DNA of 39,414 bases, from the NCBI GenBank assembly GCA_964448115.1, contig CAYUVA010000043.1, positions 1 to 39,414 of the forward strand. Reading direction: 5' to 3'. Shown here piece by piece: positions 26,777 to 37,136 of the stretch (the stretch's first letter is position 1; every line of letters begins with the position of its first letter). The DNA is from an uncultured bacterium (GTDB lineage Bacteria; CAYUVA01). A model generated the notes under the pieces. That model searched no databases. It saw only the letters and a program-made list of their open reading frames with translations, and was not told the DNA's origin. A program made the position numbers and the translations under genes.

Positions 26777-28834
26777 TCATTGAGCGCCTTGTCTCAATAT
26801 CTTTTCCACCTCCTCAAGGGCAGCCCTGGCGCCGGTGAAGCCAGGCTCCAATTCAAGGGCTTTCTTGAAGGAATCTTTTGCTTTCTCGTATTCCTTGAGC
26901 ATGATAAAAGTTTGCCCAAGGTTGTAATGTGCCTGGGAATAGTTATGGCGCAGTCGCAGCGCTTGCTTGAACTGGTTGACCGCCCCATCAAGCTGCCCGG
27001 TAGCGGCATAAGCTATGCCCAGATTATTATGCGCCTCTGGAAATCGACTCTTGTGTTTGAGCGCCATCTTGAGGTTGCTTATTGCGCGGTCATATTTTCC
27101 TATACTTTGGTAATATATCCCCATCCGGTAGTATGGAGCATAGTAATGGGGACAAAGCTCGGCAGCCATCTTGAAGTACTCCAGGGCTTGCTGGTGCATT
27201 CCCTGCACCCTGTAGGTCTCGCCTATAAGATAGGCAATCTGTCCTGACAAGGCAGGATCAGGCTCGCTCTGGTAAGCCTTGTGGAAAAACTCCGCAGCCT
27301 TGCGATATTCTCCCATCTGGAAGAACATGTTGCCTATGTTGATCAATCCCTCGCTCGACTCCTTAGCCTGCGGATTATAGATCATCAAGGTTGCCAAAAC
27401 GATAACCACTACAAGCGAAAGCAGCACCTGGTAGGTGTCCTTTAGAATGCCCAGCAGCTCCTTACCCAAGAAATAAGCTAGAAGGATCAGGATTAGCAGC
27501 AAGGTGATGCACCCTGCCGACCTTGCTGCGATCCCCAAGAGATTTGTCAGCATAAGGCTATTGGAGCCGGTTTGGGCGATCTGGGGAATGAACTCACCTA
27601 ATGGGAAGCTGTGGCTCAGCGGAAAGCGCGGGTTTATCCAGTTTGCCAATGTATGAAATAGCACGGAGACCTCGCCTAAAGCGAGAAATAAATATATGCT
27701 TCGGGTCTGCTCCACTCTGGGAATAAAGGCGAAGATAGGAATAATCAAAAACGGCAGTATGAGAACTAGATAACGAGGTCCGATCCCATACCCCCCCTGC
27801 CAATCGATCAGGCTGGCATTTAAAAGGGTCTGAGATACAGCAATCGCCATGGTTAGCAATACGAGCGAATATTGTCGCTGCCTGATCAATGAATACCAGC
27901 CAAAGGCGGTAAAAATGAAAAAGGGCGAGTAAAAAAGCAAACCCCTCGCCGGGGATAAAAGCACTCCATACAGCCTATCCCAGGAAAACCCGACCAGCCC
28001 CATAAATCCTTGCAGGCGATGAGGAAGTACATGATACGAATAGGCGTTGGTCCAGAAACTGTCAAAGCAGAGCTTATTGTAAAAAAGAAGTAAGGATAAT
28101 GGAAGCAAAATGCTCGCCATGTAAAGAAACTGTCTTCTATCTCGCAATCGATATGCGGTATAAATATAAAGAATAATGATCATCAAAAGCGCGCTGAAAT
28201 CGCTGAGCACTGCAAAACCACATAGTATGCCGCCTAGGGCAAGGTGCTGCCAGGTGGGATCACCCTCATTCTTACGACCATAGACCAAGTAAAAGCTTAG
28301 AAATAGCAGGGATGCTGCCAGTTGATGACCGTAGAATTGCACAGAATAGGTAAAAGCTCCGCTGCCAAAGGCATAAAACAGCACAGCTATCAAGGCTAGT
28401 TCGCGCCTTTTTACAAATTTGGAGCTTATCCTGTACAGCAACATTACCCCAAAAGCAGAGGGCAAAGAGATGATGAGCACTCGAAGAAGATAAGCATATA
28501 CTGAAAAATTCAGGCTTATCCCTAGAATCTTTGCTAGATTGTAAAGGACAAAATAGATTGGGATGCCTAAAATACTGGGACCTATCGGCTTATCAGAGTA
28601 GTAATGTCCATTGTAGTAAGCAACATCGACGCTGTTCTCCCGATATTTATCTATTCGTAAGCTATGATCTTCAACTACTGAGCGGATTAGATTATAGCGA
28701 CTATTCTCATTATCATCGATATAAGGAGCGAAAAACAAACAGTAGATCAGGAAGGTGAAAATAAATAGCCTAAGCTCGGTCATTTTTAGTAATACAAGCC
28801 GCATTAAAAGAATAATATACCATCTAAAACCCAA
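26777..28834 (-). CDS. Multi-TM GT-C-like glycosyltransferase fused to C-terminal TPRs
   Basis: About 12-13 hydrophobic segments; ENSRY, YYSDKP, RGLLFYSP, GPRYL; about 5 TPRs (EAHNNLG, AHYNLG); start may be ATG 28783. Confidence 0.78.
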   Translation of the reverse strand: MGFRWYIILLMRLVLLKMTELRLFIFTFLIYCLFFAPYIDDNENSRYNLIRSVVEDHSLRIDKYRENSVDVAYYNGHYYSDKPIGPSILGIPIYFVLYNLAKILGISLNFSVYAYLLRVLIISLPSAFGVMLLYRISSKFVKRRELALIAVLFYAFGSGAFTYSVQFYGHQLAASLLFLSFYLVYGRKNEGDPTWQHLALGGILCGFAVLSDFSALLMIIILYIYTAYRLRDRRQFLYMASILLPLSLLLFYNKLCFDSFWTNAYSYHVLPHRLQGFMGLVGFSWDRLYGVLLSPARGLLFYSPFFIFTAFGWYSLIRQRQYSLVLLTMAIAVSQTLLNASLIDWQGGYGIGPRYLVLILPFLIIPIFAFIPRVEQTRSIYLFLALGEVSVLFHTLANWINPRFPLSHSFPLGEFIPQIAQTGSNSLMLTNLLGIAARSAGCITLLLILILLAYFLGKELLGILKDTYQVLLSLVVVIVLATLMIYNPQAKESSEGLINIGNMFFQMGEYRKAAEFFHKAYQSEPDPALSGQIAYLIGETYRVQGMHQQALEYFKMAAELCPHYYAPYYRMGIYYQSIGKYDRAISNLKMALKHKSRFPEAHNNLGIAYAATGQLDGAVNQFKQALRLRHNYSQAHYNLGQTFIMLKEYEKAKDSFKKALELEPGFTGARAALEEVEKILRQGAQ

Positions 28835-28837
28835 ACA

Positions 28838-31108
28838 TCAAGAAAAAACCAGCACCAACCACACAATGAGAACCAAGGCAACGGTCACCAGGCTCAAATA
28901 CAGCCCAAGGGAAAACGAAAATGGCTGATAATAAAGGCTTCCTTCATAGCTACCTGGCTCTACAATTGCTCCCATGAACAGGTAGTTTGCCCTTGCAAGG
29001 GGCACAATTCTTTGATTTAACTCGAGAATCCAACCAGGGAAATACGAATTCAGGATCACCAATGCCCCAGGATAGGGCGCATTTATCGATAATGAAAACC
29101 GATTTGGATCTACCATCTGAAGTTCAATCCCAGGCAGCGCGCTATTGGAATCCACGATGTCAATGTCTCGGTGGTTATCAAGCATAGCCTGGCTGGACAG
29201 GCTGAACACAGCATATTCCCCGCAGGAGCTAGTTATCTGCGACAATTGCAGCAGCGAGATGCGCCCATCATCGGTAATGGCGAACCTGCTTGCCATGAAA
29301 GCCAATGGCAAAGCTCCCTTGTTCTCATATACTCGATAGTGCCTTTGCTGATAAGTAAGCGAAAGGTTGTGATCCTCCATGGGCGGATGACTAGGAGTGC
29401 TGATATCGGCGATGAAATACCTTGCGCCAAGGTAATCGAGCAGCCACGGCGGTCTGAGCAGATCGTAGGATACTCCGAAGCCAGACATCTCCCTGCCTTG
29501 TGCAAGATTTACCAGGGCATTGAAGCGGGATAAGAGACTCGATGAATAGCCACCGGCATTCGATATGCCATATATCATGCCCAGGTTACTATACATCTGG
29601 TTCAGGTAATAGTATCGCTGGTGCCCCGACTGGTCGGCTATGAAATCATCAAGCTCACTCATGTAATCGATGGCACCGGTATTGGCTTGCTGGACATATC
29701 TTGTATTCTCGGAAAGCGAATAGACGCAAAGCAGGTAAAACAAGGCTATTGCAATGAAAACAGCGATCTTCTTCGATTCCCTGATGGCTATGAAAATGCA
29801 ACCCAAGGCTGCGAGTAGCAGTAAAAGCTCGAAAAATGGGCGATTGGAAAGGCTGAGGCTGTGATTTGGGCACAGGATGATGGCTGGAGGTATAAGCGCC
29901 ATGGTCAAAGCTGCCAGCCAGAACAGCCCGGCTCTGTTTGCTGCCCTAAGGCTATCTTGAAGCCGATCCAGCAGCTCAGCGATAATGATTGCGGCTGCGA
30001 TGGTGAAAACATATAGCCATCGAGACGGTCCCCTGAAATGAGCGACTCCAGGCAACGACCAGAGCAGATCGCTTAGGTAAGGGAAGTTATCCCCTAGCAT
30101 CATCAAGACTGAAAACAATAACCCAAACCGATAGACATTTAACCTCGACCCGTTGAAGCAAGCTAATCCGGCAAGAAGCATGATCAGACCAGGGATGCCC
30201 AGGTAACAATACAGATCCCCGAAGTAACCCTTGCTTCGATAATCATCATCGATCGGCGTACCGAGATGTCTCGGATGCAGAAAGGTGATGAAATTCTCCC
30301 ACTGAAAGGGCGAAACCATGAGCACATCCTGGTCGAGAGCGCCGGTTCTCAATGTATGTTCGGTCAGCTCCGCGCCCGGTATCAACAGGCAAGCGCACAA
30401 AAGCGCAGCCATGAAGAAGGGCAGCAATATCAAGGCTGCGTCCTTGAAGCCGAGTTTGCGCCTGAAGGTGGCGTGAACAAAGATAAAAAGCAGCAGGTAA
30501 AAAGTATAAAAAATATACTGGGGATGACCGCCGTTGATGAATAGGAACAAAACTCCCGCCATCTGCAGGATCTGCTTGAGCCTCCTGGAGGACAACAATC
30601 TCTCGAATAGCAGGATCACTAGCGGAGCCAGCGCATAAGTAGCTAGGTTCACCAGGTGCCCGTAGAGCAGATGCCCTGCCCAGTAACCGCTGAATGCGTA
30701 AACATGCGAAGCGATGAAGCAAGCGCCCACGGACAGCCGATAGTGCCGACAGAGCGTATAAAAAAAGATGCCGGATAAGTATGTGTGCAAGAGAATTACC
30801 AGGTTCGAGGCTTGATATGGAGAGATAAAAAGATATAGCCAGGTCAATGGATAACCGATGCTGGTGAGAAGCCCGGCAATAAAAGGCACCCCGCAGAAGA
30901 TATGCGGATTCCACAGCGGTATGACCCCTGCCTTCAGCCACTGCGCCATGAAAACACGACGCGGAAGATACTGCAATATTAGGTCAGAGCCGAGGATCAG
31001 CTTGCCTTGAGATATGATCGGCAAAGCCTTGATCCCAATGATGACTAGCAACGATAGGCTGAGCAGTCCTGGATATAAGAGCCTATTCCTCCAGCCTGGT
31101 TCCATCAT
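28838..31108 (-). CDS. YfhO-family multi-TM protein (GT-C-like)
   Basis: DLILQYLP, PLWNPHIFCGVPF, YAFSG, GHPQ, FRGPSRW, LPLAF, YFPGW, ANYLFMG. Confidence 0.85.
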   Translation of the reverse strand: MMEPGWRNRLLYPGLLSLSLLVIIGIKALPIISQGKLILGSDLILQYLPRRVFMAQWLKAGVIPLWNPHIFCGVPFIAGLLTSIGYPLTWLYLFISPYQASNLVILLHTYLSGIFFYTLCRHYRLSVGACFIASHVYAFSGYWAGHLLYGHLVNLATYALAPLVILLFERLLSSRRLKQILQMAGVLFLFINGGHPQYIFYTFYLLLFIFVHATFRRKLGFKDAALILLPFFMAALLCACLLIPGAELTEHTLRTGALDQDVLMVSPFQWENFITFLHPRHLGTPIDDDYRSKGYFGDLYCYLGIPGLIMLLAGLACFNGSRLNVYRFGLLFSVLMMLGDNFPYLSDLLWSLPGVAHFRGPSRWLYVFTIAAAIIIAELLDRLQDSLRAANRAGLFWLAALTMALIPPAIILCPNHSLSLSNRPFFELLLLLAALGCIFIAIRESKKIAVFIAIALFYLLCVYSLSENTRYVQQANTGAIDYMSELDDFIADQSGHQRYYYLNQMYSNLGMIYGISNAGGYSSSLLSRFNALVNLAQGREMSGFGVSYDLLRPPWLLDYLGARYFIADISTPSHPPMEDHNLSLTYQQRHYRVYENKGALPLAFMASRFAITDDGRISLLQLSQITSSCGEYAVFSLSSQAMLDNHRDIDIVDSNSALPGIELQMVDPNRFSLSINAPYPGALVILNSYFPGWILELNQRIVPLARANYLFMGAIVEPGSYEGSLYYQPFSFSLGLYLSLVTVALVLIVWLVLVFS

Positions 31109-32168
31109 CGATCCTCACCACTTTCGCATTTCCCCCAGCCCTTTTTATCGCCTCCACTACCGATGCTTCGTTACCAGGGGCATAAGCGGTGAAGCATCCA
31201 CCGCCCCCGGATCCGTTCAGCTTGCATGCCAGAGCACCCGCTTTCATCGATGCGGAGATGAGCATCTCGATCCGCTCGGTAGATATGCCCAGCCAGTCCC
31301 TGATCACAACATGTTGTCTATTTAAAAGGTCGGCGAATGCTTCCCTATCTGGCTCAATGCAACCAGAAAGCAAATCGAGACCCTGCTTGGTTATCTGCCG
31401 GGTCATCATGGTGCCCACCAGCCTTCTACCGCCTCGCAAAGGGAGGCGGGCAAGGTCCTCGATAGCCTCTTCCGCGCTCGAATAGGATAGGGAGAATTCA
31501 GGCTTCATCTTTTGCATCATATCAAGTGCCTGAAGAACATCCCTCTTGATCTCAGCCAACATCCCGGTTGTATCCTTGGTGGTCAGCGAATCCCCCAGCA
31601 CTAGTCCATCTATCCTTGCATTTAACCTTGTTACCTTGAAGATTTCAGAGCAATCTACATGGATGATGCCACCAAGCGCACAGGCGTAATGATCCATCAT
31701 CCCCCCCGGCTCATCGAACTCCACTACCTCTGCCTGGTAGCCTAAGTTCGCCAGCTCTTCACCCCCCAAGGAGGTGCCTTGCACCGCGATCTCAGACAGC
31801 AACCTCGCCCAGGCGATGACCAGAGCTGATGAGCTGCTGATCCCCTTGCCAATGGGGATCTGGCTTTTTACCTCGCAGTCCCAGCCGCCATCAAAGCGAT
31901 ATCCCCCGCGCAGAAGCACATTGTAAACGCTGCGGAGGTAGTCGCGCTGCCTCCTGTAGGGCGCCGGTTCATTAGGTTGCAGCTCATCGACAGCTTCAAT
32001 ATCGGGCATTTTAACCTTTATCTTACTATCACGGTCGATCCTCAAGCCGCTGATCACCAGGCGCAGGTTTATGGCAGCAGGTATTACGCCCAACCCGAAG
32101 TAGTCCTGGTGTTCGCCGAGCAGGCAGATCCTGGCTGGCGTGGAGACCTCGATCTTATCTCTTCCCAT
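31083..32168 (-). CDS. GHMP kinase, galactokinase-like
   Basis: PARICLLGEHQDY, IPIGKGISSSSA, GMMDH, KLNGSGGGGC. Confidence 0.88.
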   Translation of the reverse strand: MGRDKIEVSTPARICLLGEHQDYFGLGVIPAAINLRLVISGLRIDRDSKIKVKMPDIEAVDELQPNEPAPYRRQRDYLRSVYNVLLRGGYRFDGGWDCEVKSQIPIGKGISSSSALVIAWARLLSEIAVQGTSLGGEELANLGYQAEVVEFDEPGGMMDHYACALGGIIHVDCSEIFKVTRLNARIDGLVLGDSLTTKDTTGMLAEIKRDVLQALDMMQKMKPEFSLSYSSAEEAIEDLARLPLRGGRRLVGTMMTRQITKQGLDLLSGCIEPDREAFADLLNRQHVVIRDWLGISTERIEMLISASMKAGALACKLNGSGGGGCFTAYAPGNEASVVEAIKRAGGNAKVVRIDDGTRLEE

Positions 32169-33309
32169 CGATTAGCTCCTTGATTGCCAGCACCTCGCCT
32201 GCCAGCCTATTATAGGACTGGGTGAACTCAGGTATGCACAAGCTGCATTCCTTTGGATACCCACCAGCGAGCATCTTCTTTCTAAAGCGCTGCATGGTTT
32301 CCCCCTTCCATAACATGGAGAATGGCGTCTTATGGACATTGCCTAGCAGGTTGCTGTACTTGGCTGCCAGTGTGCAGCAAACCATCACATCGCCATCGGC
32401 GTTGATGAAAGCCATCGTGTAAGGCGCAAAGCAGATCTTCGGAGGATCATGCCTTCCCAAGCCATACTCAAGTATCGAGCGATAGTTTGTGTATATTCGC
32501 TTGGATTCAGCCATCTTACCGAATCTTTCTATGTGCTCCAGTGCTTCCTTTTGTTTATTATTTGGTATCCAGAATGGCTTGTTGCTCTCCCATTCGAGCA
32601 AGACAGATAGGTTTATGGCTACAACACCGAACTGTTCGGCAATTTGTATTAACCGATCCAGGCTGGAGTAGTTGAGACTGGTGAGCACAGTGCCGATGCG
32701 CAGCACGGGCAGGTTAGAGTTTTGCTTTTTCCTAGCCTCGCTCAGGTTCCTCAAGCCCAACATAGTGCGTTTGAATGCCCACTTGCCGCGTATCCTGTCA
32801 TTTATCGACTCGAGGGGCGAATCCAATGAAACGCAGATATCATCATGCCCGGCAGCCACTATCTCACTCGCCAGCTCCTTATCGATAAAGGTAGCATTGG
32901 TGGTAAAAGAGCCTGTCATGCCTCGTTTCTTGATCGCTTTTATGATATCAAGGATGTCCTTTCGTACCAGCGGCTCACCGCCACCGGTGAAATCGACCTC
33001 GCCTACTCCCAGGTTTTTTAAATCATCCAAGATATCCTTTAACTTCTTCAGGGACATATCCTTTTTTTTAGCCATATCCAGCCTCATCTTTTTAGCATCC
33101 TGGAGCCGCCAGCAGATCGGACAGCTCAGGTTGCACTTGTCAGTAGGACTGATCATCACCCTTTGCGGGGGGATGTCTTGGTCAAGAAAGACTGCCTTAT
33201 ATAGCCTGATCGCCTGCTCGGAGAACCTGTCCGAACCCTCCAGGCTCGATAGCAGATCAGCCGGCGAGGATCCTTTTATTGTGCCTATAAGTCTCTTTAT
33301 TATGCTCAT
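32155..33309 (-). CDS. Radical SAM protein with SPASM/Twitch domain
   Basis: CNLSCPIC, GGGEP, TTNAT, VSLDS; C-terminal CFAPY..DGDVMVCC..LGNV..CSLC. Confidence 0.92.
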   Translation of the reverse strand: MSIIKRLIGTIKGSSPADLLSSLEGSDRFSEQAIRLYKAVFLDQDIPPQRVMISPTDKCNLSCPICWRLQDAKKMRLDMAKKKDMSLKKLKDILDDLKNLGVGEVDFTGGGEPLVRKDILDIIKAIKKRGMTGSFTTNATFIDKELASEIVAAGHDDICVSLDSPLESINDRIRGKWAFKRTMLGLRNLSEARKKQNSNLPVLRIGTVLTSLNYSSLDRLIQIAEQFGVVAINLSVLLEWESNKPFWIPNNKQKEALEHIERFGKMAESKRIYTNYRSILEYGLGRHDPPKICFAPYTMAFINADGDVMVCCTLAAKYSNLLGNVHKTPFSMLWKGETMQRFRKKMLAGGYPKECSLCIPEFTQSYNRLAGEVLAIKELIDGKR

Positions 33310-33316
33310 GTATGGA

Positions 33317-34426
33317 CTAAAAGCGAACCGAACGCTGCGGTTCGGGGATGAATCTCTTCGTGGTGATACGCATAAAATCCCTCAGGTAGGTAATATTATA
33401 GCACCCAATGGGGCATTTCCCCTCGAATATTGAACGCCTTATCATAAGCGCATCCGGCGATCTCCACAAATCGAGTATATCTTCAGAAAGAAGGTTGCCC
33501 ACCGAGTGCGGGTATTCCCAGACGCAACAGGGCTTCAGGTTGCCCATAACATCGACCCCGAATGAGTATGCCAATCCACCGCAGCGCACCGGCAGCCTCG
33601 GCGATGACCAATATAGCGGCGCAAAGCGGTAATAGAACCAGTTCCTTGCCACCCGGTAGTCCCTGCTCCTAAGATAAGCTATCGCCTCCCTGTATCGCTT
33701 GATATCGCAGGGAAGGCGGGGATAGAAGTCCCGCTGACCCTGCACCGGGTTCAGGTTGAAGTAAATGCCCAGATCCCGGCTCAGCTTGAAGGCATCAATA
33801 ACCTGGTGCAGGTTGCGATTGGTAGCGACGAAGGTGATCTCGATCTTGTCGCCCTCGAGGTATCTTTTAAGCGACTCGATCCCACCGATAGCCCGCTGGA
33901 ATGCTCCCTTGCGGTCTCGAAGCTCATCATGCAGCTCTTCCATTCCATCAATGCTGACGCTTACATAGATGGCATCTTTGAAGCGACCTAGCTTCTCGGC
34001 ATATCGTTCAAGAAGCATTCCGTTGGTGCTGAGCAGAAGAAATAACCCCTTTCTATATGCCTTGTCCATTATCTCGATGATGTCAGGGTGGGTGAGTGGC
34101 TCGCCGCCTGTGATGTTTAGCTCTTTTACTCCCAAAGCATGGGCAGCATCGATGATTTTCTCTGCCGAATCCAGCGCCATTATCCTGGGATTCTCCATCG
34201 TCTTGAACTCGCAGAAGATGCATGACAGGTTGCAGACCTCGCTGATCAGAAGGTTCATCGAGACCGGCAATGGGGGATCAGCATTGCCACCAAGGTGCGC
34301 CAGGTACTTTTTAATAAAGGCGCGATCAGCTCTATGCTGCCTTACTTTATCTCGCAGTACCCAATACGGATACCGATAGTCTTTTACCGTTCGTCTTATG
34401 TGTTGAAGCCACCTACTTAATGGCAA
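33317..34426 (-). CDS. Radical SAM protein with SPASM/Twitch domain
   Basis: CNLSCIFC, TGGEP, STNG, SIDG..HDELR; C-terminal CGGL..GNLKPCC..VGNL..CPIGC. Confidence 0.92.
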   Translation of the reverse strand: MPLSRWLQHIRRTVKDYRYPYWVLRDKVRQHRADRAFIKKYLAHLGGNADPPLPVSMNLLISEVCNLSCIFCEFKTMENPRIMALDSAEKIIDAAHALGVKELNITGGEPLTHPDIIEIMDKAYRKGLFLLLSTNGMLLERYAEKLGRFKDAIYVSVSIDGMEELHDELRDRKGAFQRAIGGIESLKRYLEGDKIEITFVATNRNLHQVIDAFKLSRDLGIYFNLNPVQGQRDFYPRLPCDIKRYREAIAYLRSRDYRVARNWFYYRFAPLYWSSPRLPVRCGGLAYSFGVDVMGNLKPCCVWEYPHSVGNLLSEDILDLWRSPDALMIRRSIFEGKCPIGCYNITYLRDFMRITTKRFIPEPQRSVRF

Positions 34427-35600
34427 AATAAAGCTCCTTATAACGCAATGCTATCCTTTCCCAGTCGTAGCCTTGCACGAACTCCCATCCGTTGGCGGCG
34501 AGTTGTCCAGCCAACTTCGGATCCTCGATCAATTTGCATACAGCCTGAGCCATGTCTTCCGGGGTTTCTGCGATGAGTACATTCTCGCCATGAGTAAGCT
34601 CGATCCCCTCGATCCCCTTGGCTGTCGAGACTATGGGTACGCGTGCTGCCAGGTACTCGAAGATCTTCAGGCGCGTGCCTCCACCGCTGCGAATCGGAAC
34701 CACCGCAACATCGGCAGCCGACAGATGGCTGGGCAGATCCGCCACCGCTCCAGTGAAGATACAGTCATCATTATTCACCAGGTAGGGGGGAAAATTTCTA
34801 CCAACCAGCAGCGCCTTAACACCATGCCCGGCTTGTTTTATAAAAGGGATGATCTGAAAAATGATCTCCTTAAGCGCAGCAAGGTTGGGTGCATAGGTAT
34901 AATCGCCGTGAAATACTATTATGGGCGAGTCGATATTCAGCAACTCCCGCACCCGCTGGGGGGTTAGGCTCTGATAGCGCTCAAGGGCGACCCCGTGAGG
35001 GATTATCGCTATCTTGCCCTGCTCGATACCTAGTTCCATAAGCCTTTGTTTATCGGCTTGCGAAACGGTGATCAAGTGATTGACCTTCTTGCACATTGCT
35101 TTTTCAACTGCCACTGCGAAGCGCTCTCCCTTTTCATCGAGGCTCCCCTGCTCCTTCAGCCTATGGCACTCGATGTTATGTTCCACCAGGGAGCTTTTTA
35201 TCCCCAATAGTCCAGCAGCGAACAGCACCGGAGCAGCAAAGGCAGTGAACTCGGCTTGCAGAAGATCGAGTTTCTCCCTGGCTGCTACATATAGAGCCTT
35301 AACGAACAGGTTGAGATCGAATAACGGCATATAGATCAGGCGGTCATGAAAAGGGATGCGATAATATGACAAGACAGCATTGGCAAGGAATTGGTTCTTA
35401 GGATAAAACCTCATCCAGAAGGGATATCGCATAAGCTCAGGCTCGGCATCTCTGAAGCGAAGATATCCTGTATCATCGGTGGTGATGAGATAAGTCTCCA
35501 CGCCGACCCTGCCTAAATATCGGGCAGTGGAGACTATCTTGGCAGCAGCGCCGTGGATCTCGGGGAAAACATCCCCCCTGGTAACCATCCCGACCTTCAT
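34413..35600 (-). CDS. Glycosyltransferase family 4
   Basis: EHNIE, TVSQAD, IPHGV, YAPN, PIRSGGGTRLKIFEYLA, YDW. Confidence 0.92.
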   Translation of the reverse strand: MKVGMVTRGDVFPEIHGAAAKIVSTARYLGRVGVETYLITTDDTGYLRFRDAEPELMRYPFWMRFYPKNQFLANAVLSYYRIPFHDRLIYMPLFDLNLFVKALYVAAREKLDLLQAEFTAFAAPVLFAAGLLGIKSSLVEHNIECHRLKEQGSLDEKGERFAVAVEKAMCKKVNHLITVSQADKQRLMELGIEQGKIAIIPHGVALERYQSLTPQRVRELLNIDSPIIVFHGDYTYAPNLAALKEIIFQIIPFIKQAGHGVKALLVGRNFPPYLVNNDDCIFTGAVADLPSHLSAADVAVVPIRSGGGTRLKIFEYLAARVPIVSTAKGIEGIELTHGENVLIAETPEDMAQAVCKLIEDPKLAGQLAANGWEFVQGYDWERIALRYKELYFAIK

Positions 35601-35606
35601 AACCTA

Positions 35607-35718
35607 TAATTTATCACGCTAGGACACAAAGAAGAAGAAAGAGTTTCACGCAAAGTCGAAAGAAATAGAAGTCTCACCCAAAGACGCAAAGTCGCAAAGT
35701 ATCAAAGAGAATGCAAAG
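35607..35718 (+). repeat. Array of degenerate TCACGCAAAG/CGCAAAG units
   Basis: tcacgctaggacacaaag (35614), tcacgcaaagtcgaaag (35646), tcacccaaagacgcaaagtcgcaaagtatcaaag (35674). Confidence 0.75.
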
Positions 35719-35972
35719 ATAATATATTACGAGCAACATCAATAGATGAGTCGTTTTTAGGTAAACCTTTTGGTTATGCTCTAACGAAGAATACCATTCA
35801 TCGTTGACAAAGCCCCTGCGAGCTGCGAACAAGGCTTTGCAGGGCGTTCACTTTCAGGTGTTCGATTTTCGAACTATGGTGGATTTGGCTCATGAGGGAG
35901 ACTTCATCTACTTCGATCGCCCTATGAGCCAATAAGCAAAACAGCGAATTTTTTTGCTAAAATAGTCTTATC

Positions 35973-37040
35973 ATGAAGCTGATCATTTTCGCTCCACATC
36001 CGCCGGGTAATGCCAGCAGCCACCATCGTGTATATCAGTACATACCCCATCTCGAAAAGGCGGGTATCGAGTGCACGGTGCGACCATTCTACTCGAAAGA
36101 ACTGTTTAAGATGCTCTACCAGAGTGGAAAGGTCTTCAAGAAAGGGCTTTTATTCTTATGGTGTCTGCTGAGGAGAGCTTATCATGCCCTGACTGCATAC
36201 CGATACGATGCTGTCTTCATCCATCGTGAGATAAATCCGCTACGAGGCAAGTGCCTTGAATGGCTGCTGATCAGGATAAACCCACGAGTCATATTCGACT
36301 TCGATGATGCGATCTACCTGCCGGTGCAGCATGTAAAAAGGTTCGGCTTGATCCTAAAAGACCCGAAAAAGGCTTATCTCTGGATGAAGAAAGCGCGGGT
36401 TGTGATTGCAGGAAACCGGCATCTCGCCGAGGTGGCTCGAAAATACAACAGTGATGTTGAGATATTACCAACTCCGGTCGATCTTGAGCGGTATAAGCTA
36501 GAGGAAAAAGGCGCTCAAGATTCGCTTACCATCGGCTGGATCGGCACCCAGGACAACCTTCGTTACCTGGAGAGGATCATCCCTGCACTGCGTGAACTAG
36601 CAAAGCGCCACCGTTTCAGGTTTCTCATCTTCTCTGGCGCAAGCATCGATGTCCCCGAAGTGAACATTGAACATGTCAAGTGGAGCAACCATATTGAGCC
36701 AAAGGTGCTAAGATGCTTCGACATTGGAGTTTATCCGCTTCCAGATGACCAGTGGACACGAGGCAAATGTGCCTTCAAGGGACTGCTTTATCTTGCCAAC
36801 GGTATCCCGGGGGTCTATTCAAGGCTGCCTGCAATCGAGGAGATAATCAAGCAGGGGCTTAATGGCTTCATAGCATCCGAAACAAAGGAATGGATCGAGT
36901 ATCTCGAAATCTTGATTCAGGATGAGCAACTACGGACAACAATGGGTAACATCGCTCGCCAGACATTCCCAAATGCGTTTGAGCTAAGATACTGCGCAGA
37001 AACATTGATAAAAAATCTCAATAAGATAACAAGATCATAA
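35973..37040 (+). CDS. Glycosyltransferase family 4
   Basis: HRVYQY, FDFDDAIY, IAGN..LA, IGWIG, FDIGVYPL..GKCAFK. Confidence 0.9.
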   Translation: MKLIIFAPHPPGNASSHHRVYQYIPHLEKAGIECTVRPFYSKELFKMLYQSGKVFKKGLLFLWCLLRRAYHALTAYRYDAVFIHREINPLRGKCLEWLLIRINPRVIFDFDDAIYLPVQHVKRFGLILKDPKKAYLWMKKARVVIAGNRHLAEVARKYNSDVEILPTPVDLERYKLEEKGAQDSLTIGWIGTQDNLRYLERIIPALRELAKRHRFRFLIFSGASIDVPEVNIEHVKWSNHIEPKVLRCFDIGVYPLPDDQWTRGKCAFKGLLYLANGIPGVYSRLPAIEEIIKQGLNGFIASETKEWIEYLEILIQDEQLRTTMGNIARQTFPNAFELRYCAETLIKNLNKITRS

Positions 37041-37136
37041 CAATATTGAAATATATCGAACCTTTGGGGATACTTGCATTTTTTCTTACTAGAGTTAATA
37101 TAGGGTTTAAGTTAAAGGTTTTTTTAGGAGTCATAG

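Noticed and set aside
30246-33433. Long alternative ORFs (30246-30941, 32672-33433)
   Set aside because: They lie within well-supported genes and show no recognisable motifs
32155-34426. RiPP cluster built on the two rSAM/SPASM genes
   Set aside because: No precursor, RRE, peptidase or exporter seen; the neighbours are sugar enzymes
35607-35718. CRISPR array
   Set aside because: Units are short and degenerate with irregular spacing, and there are no cas genes
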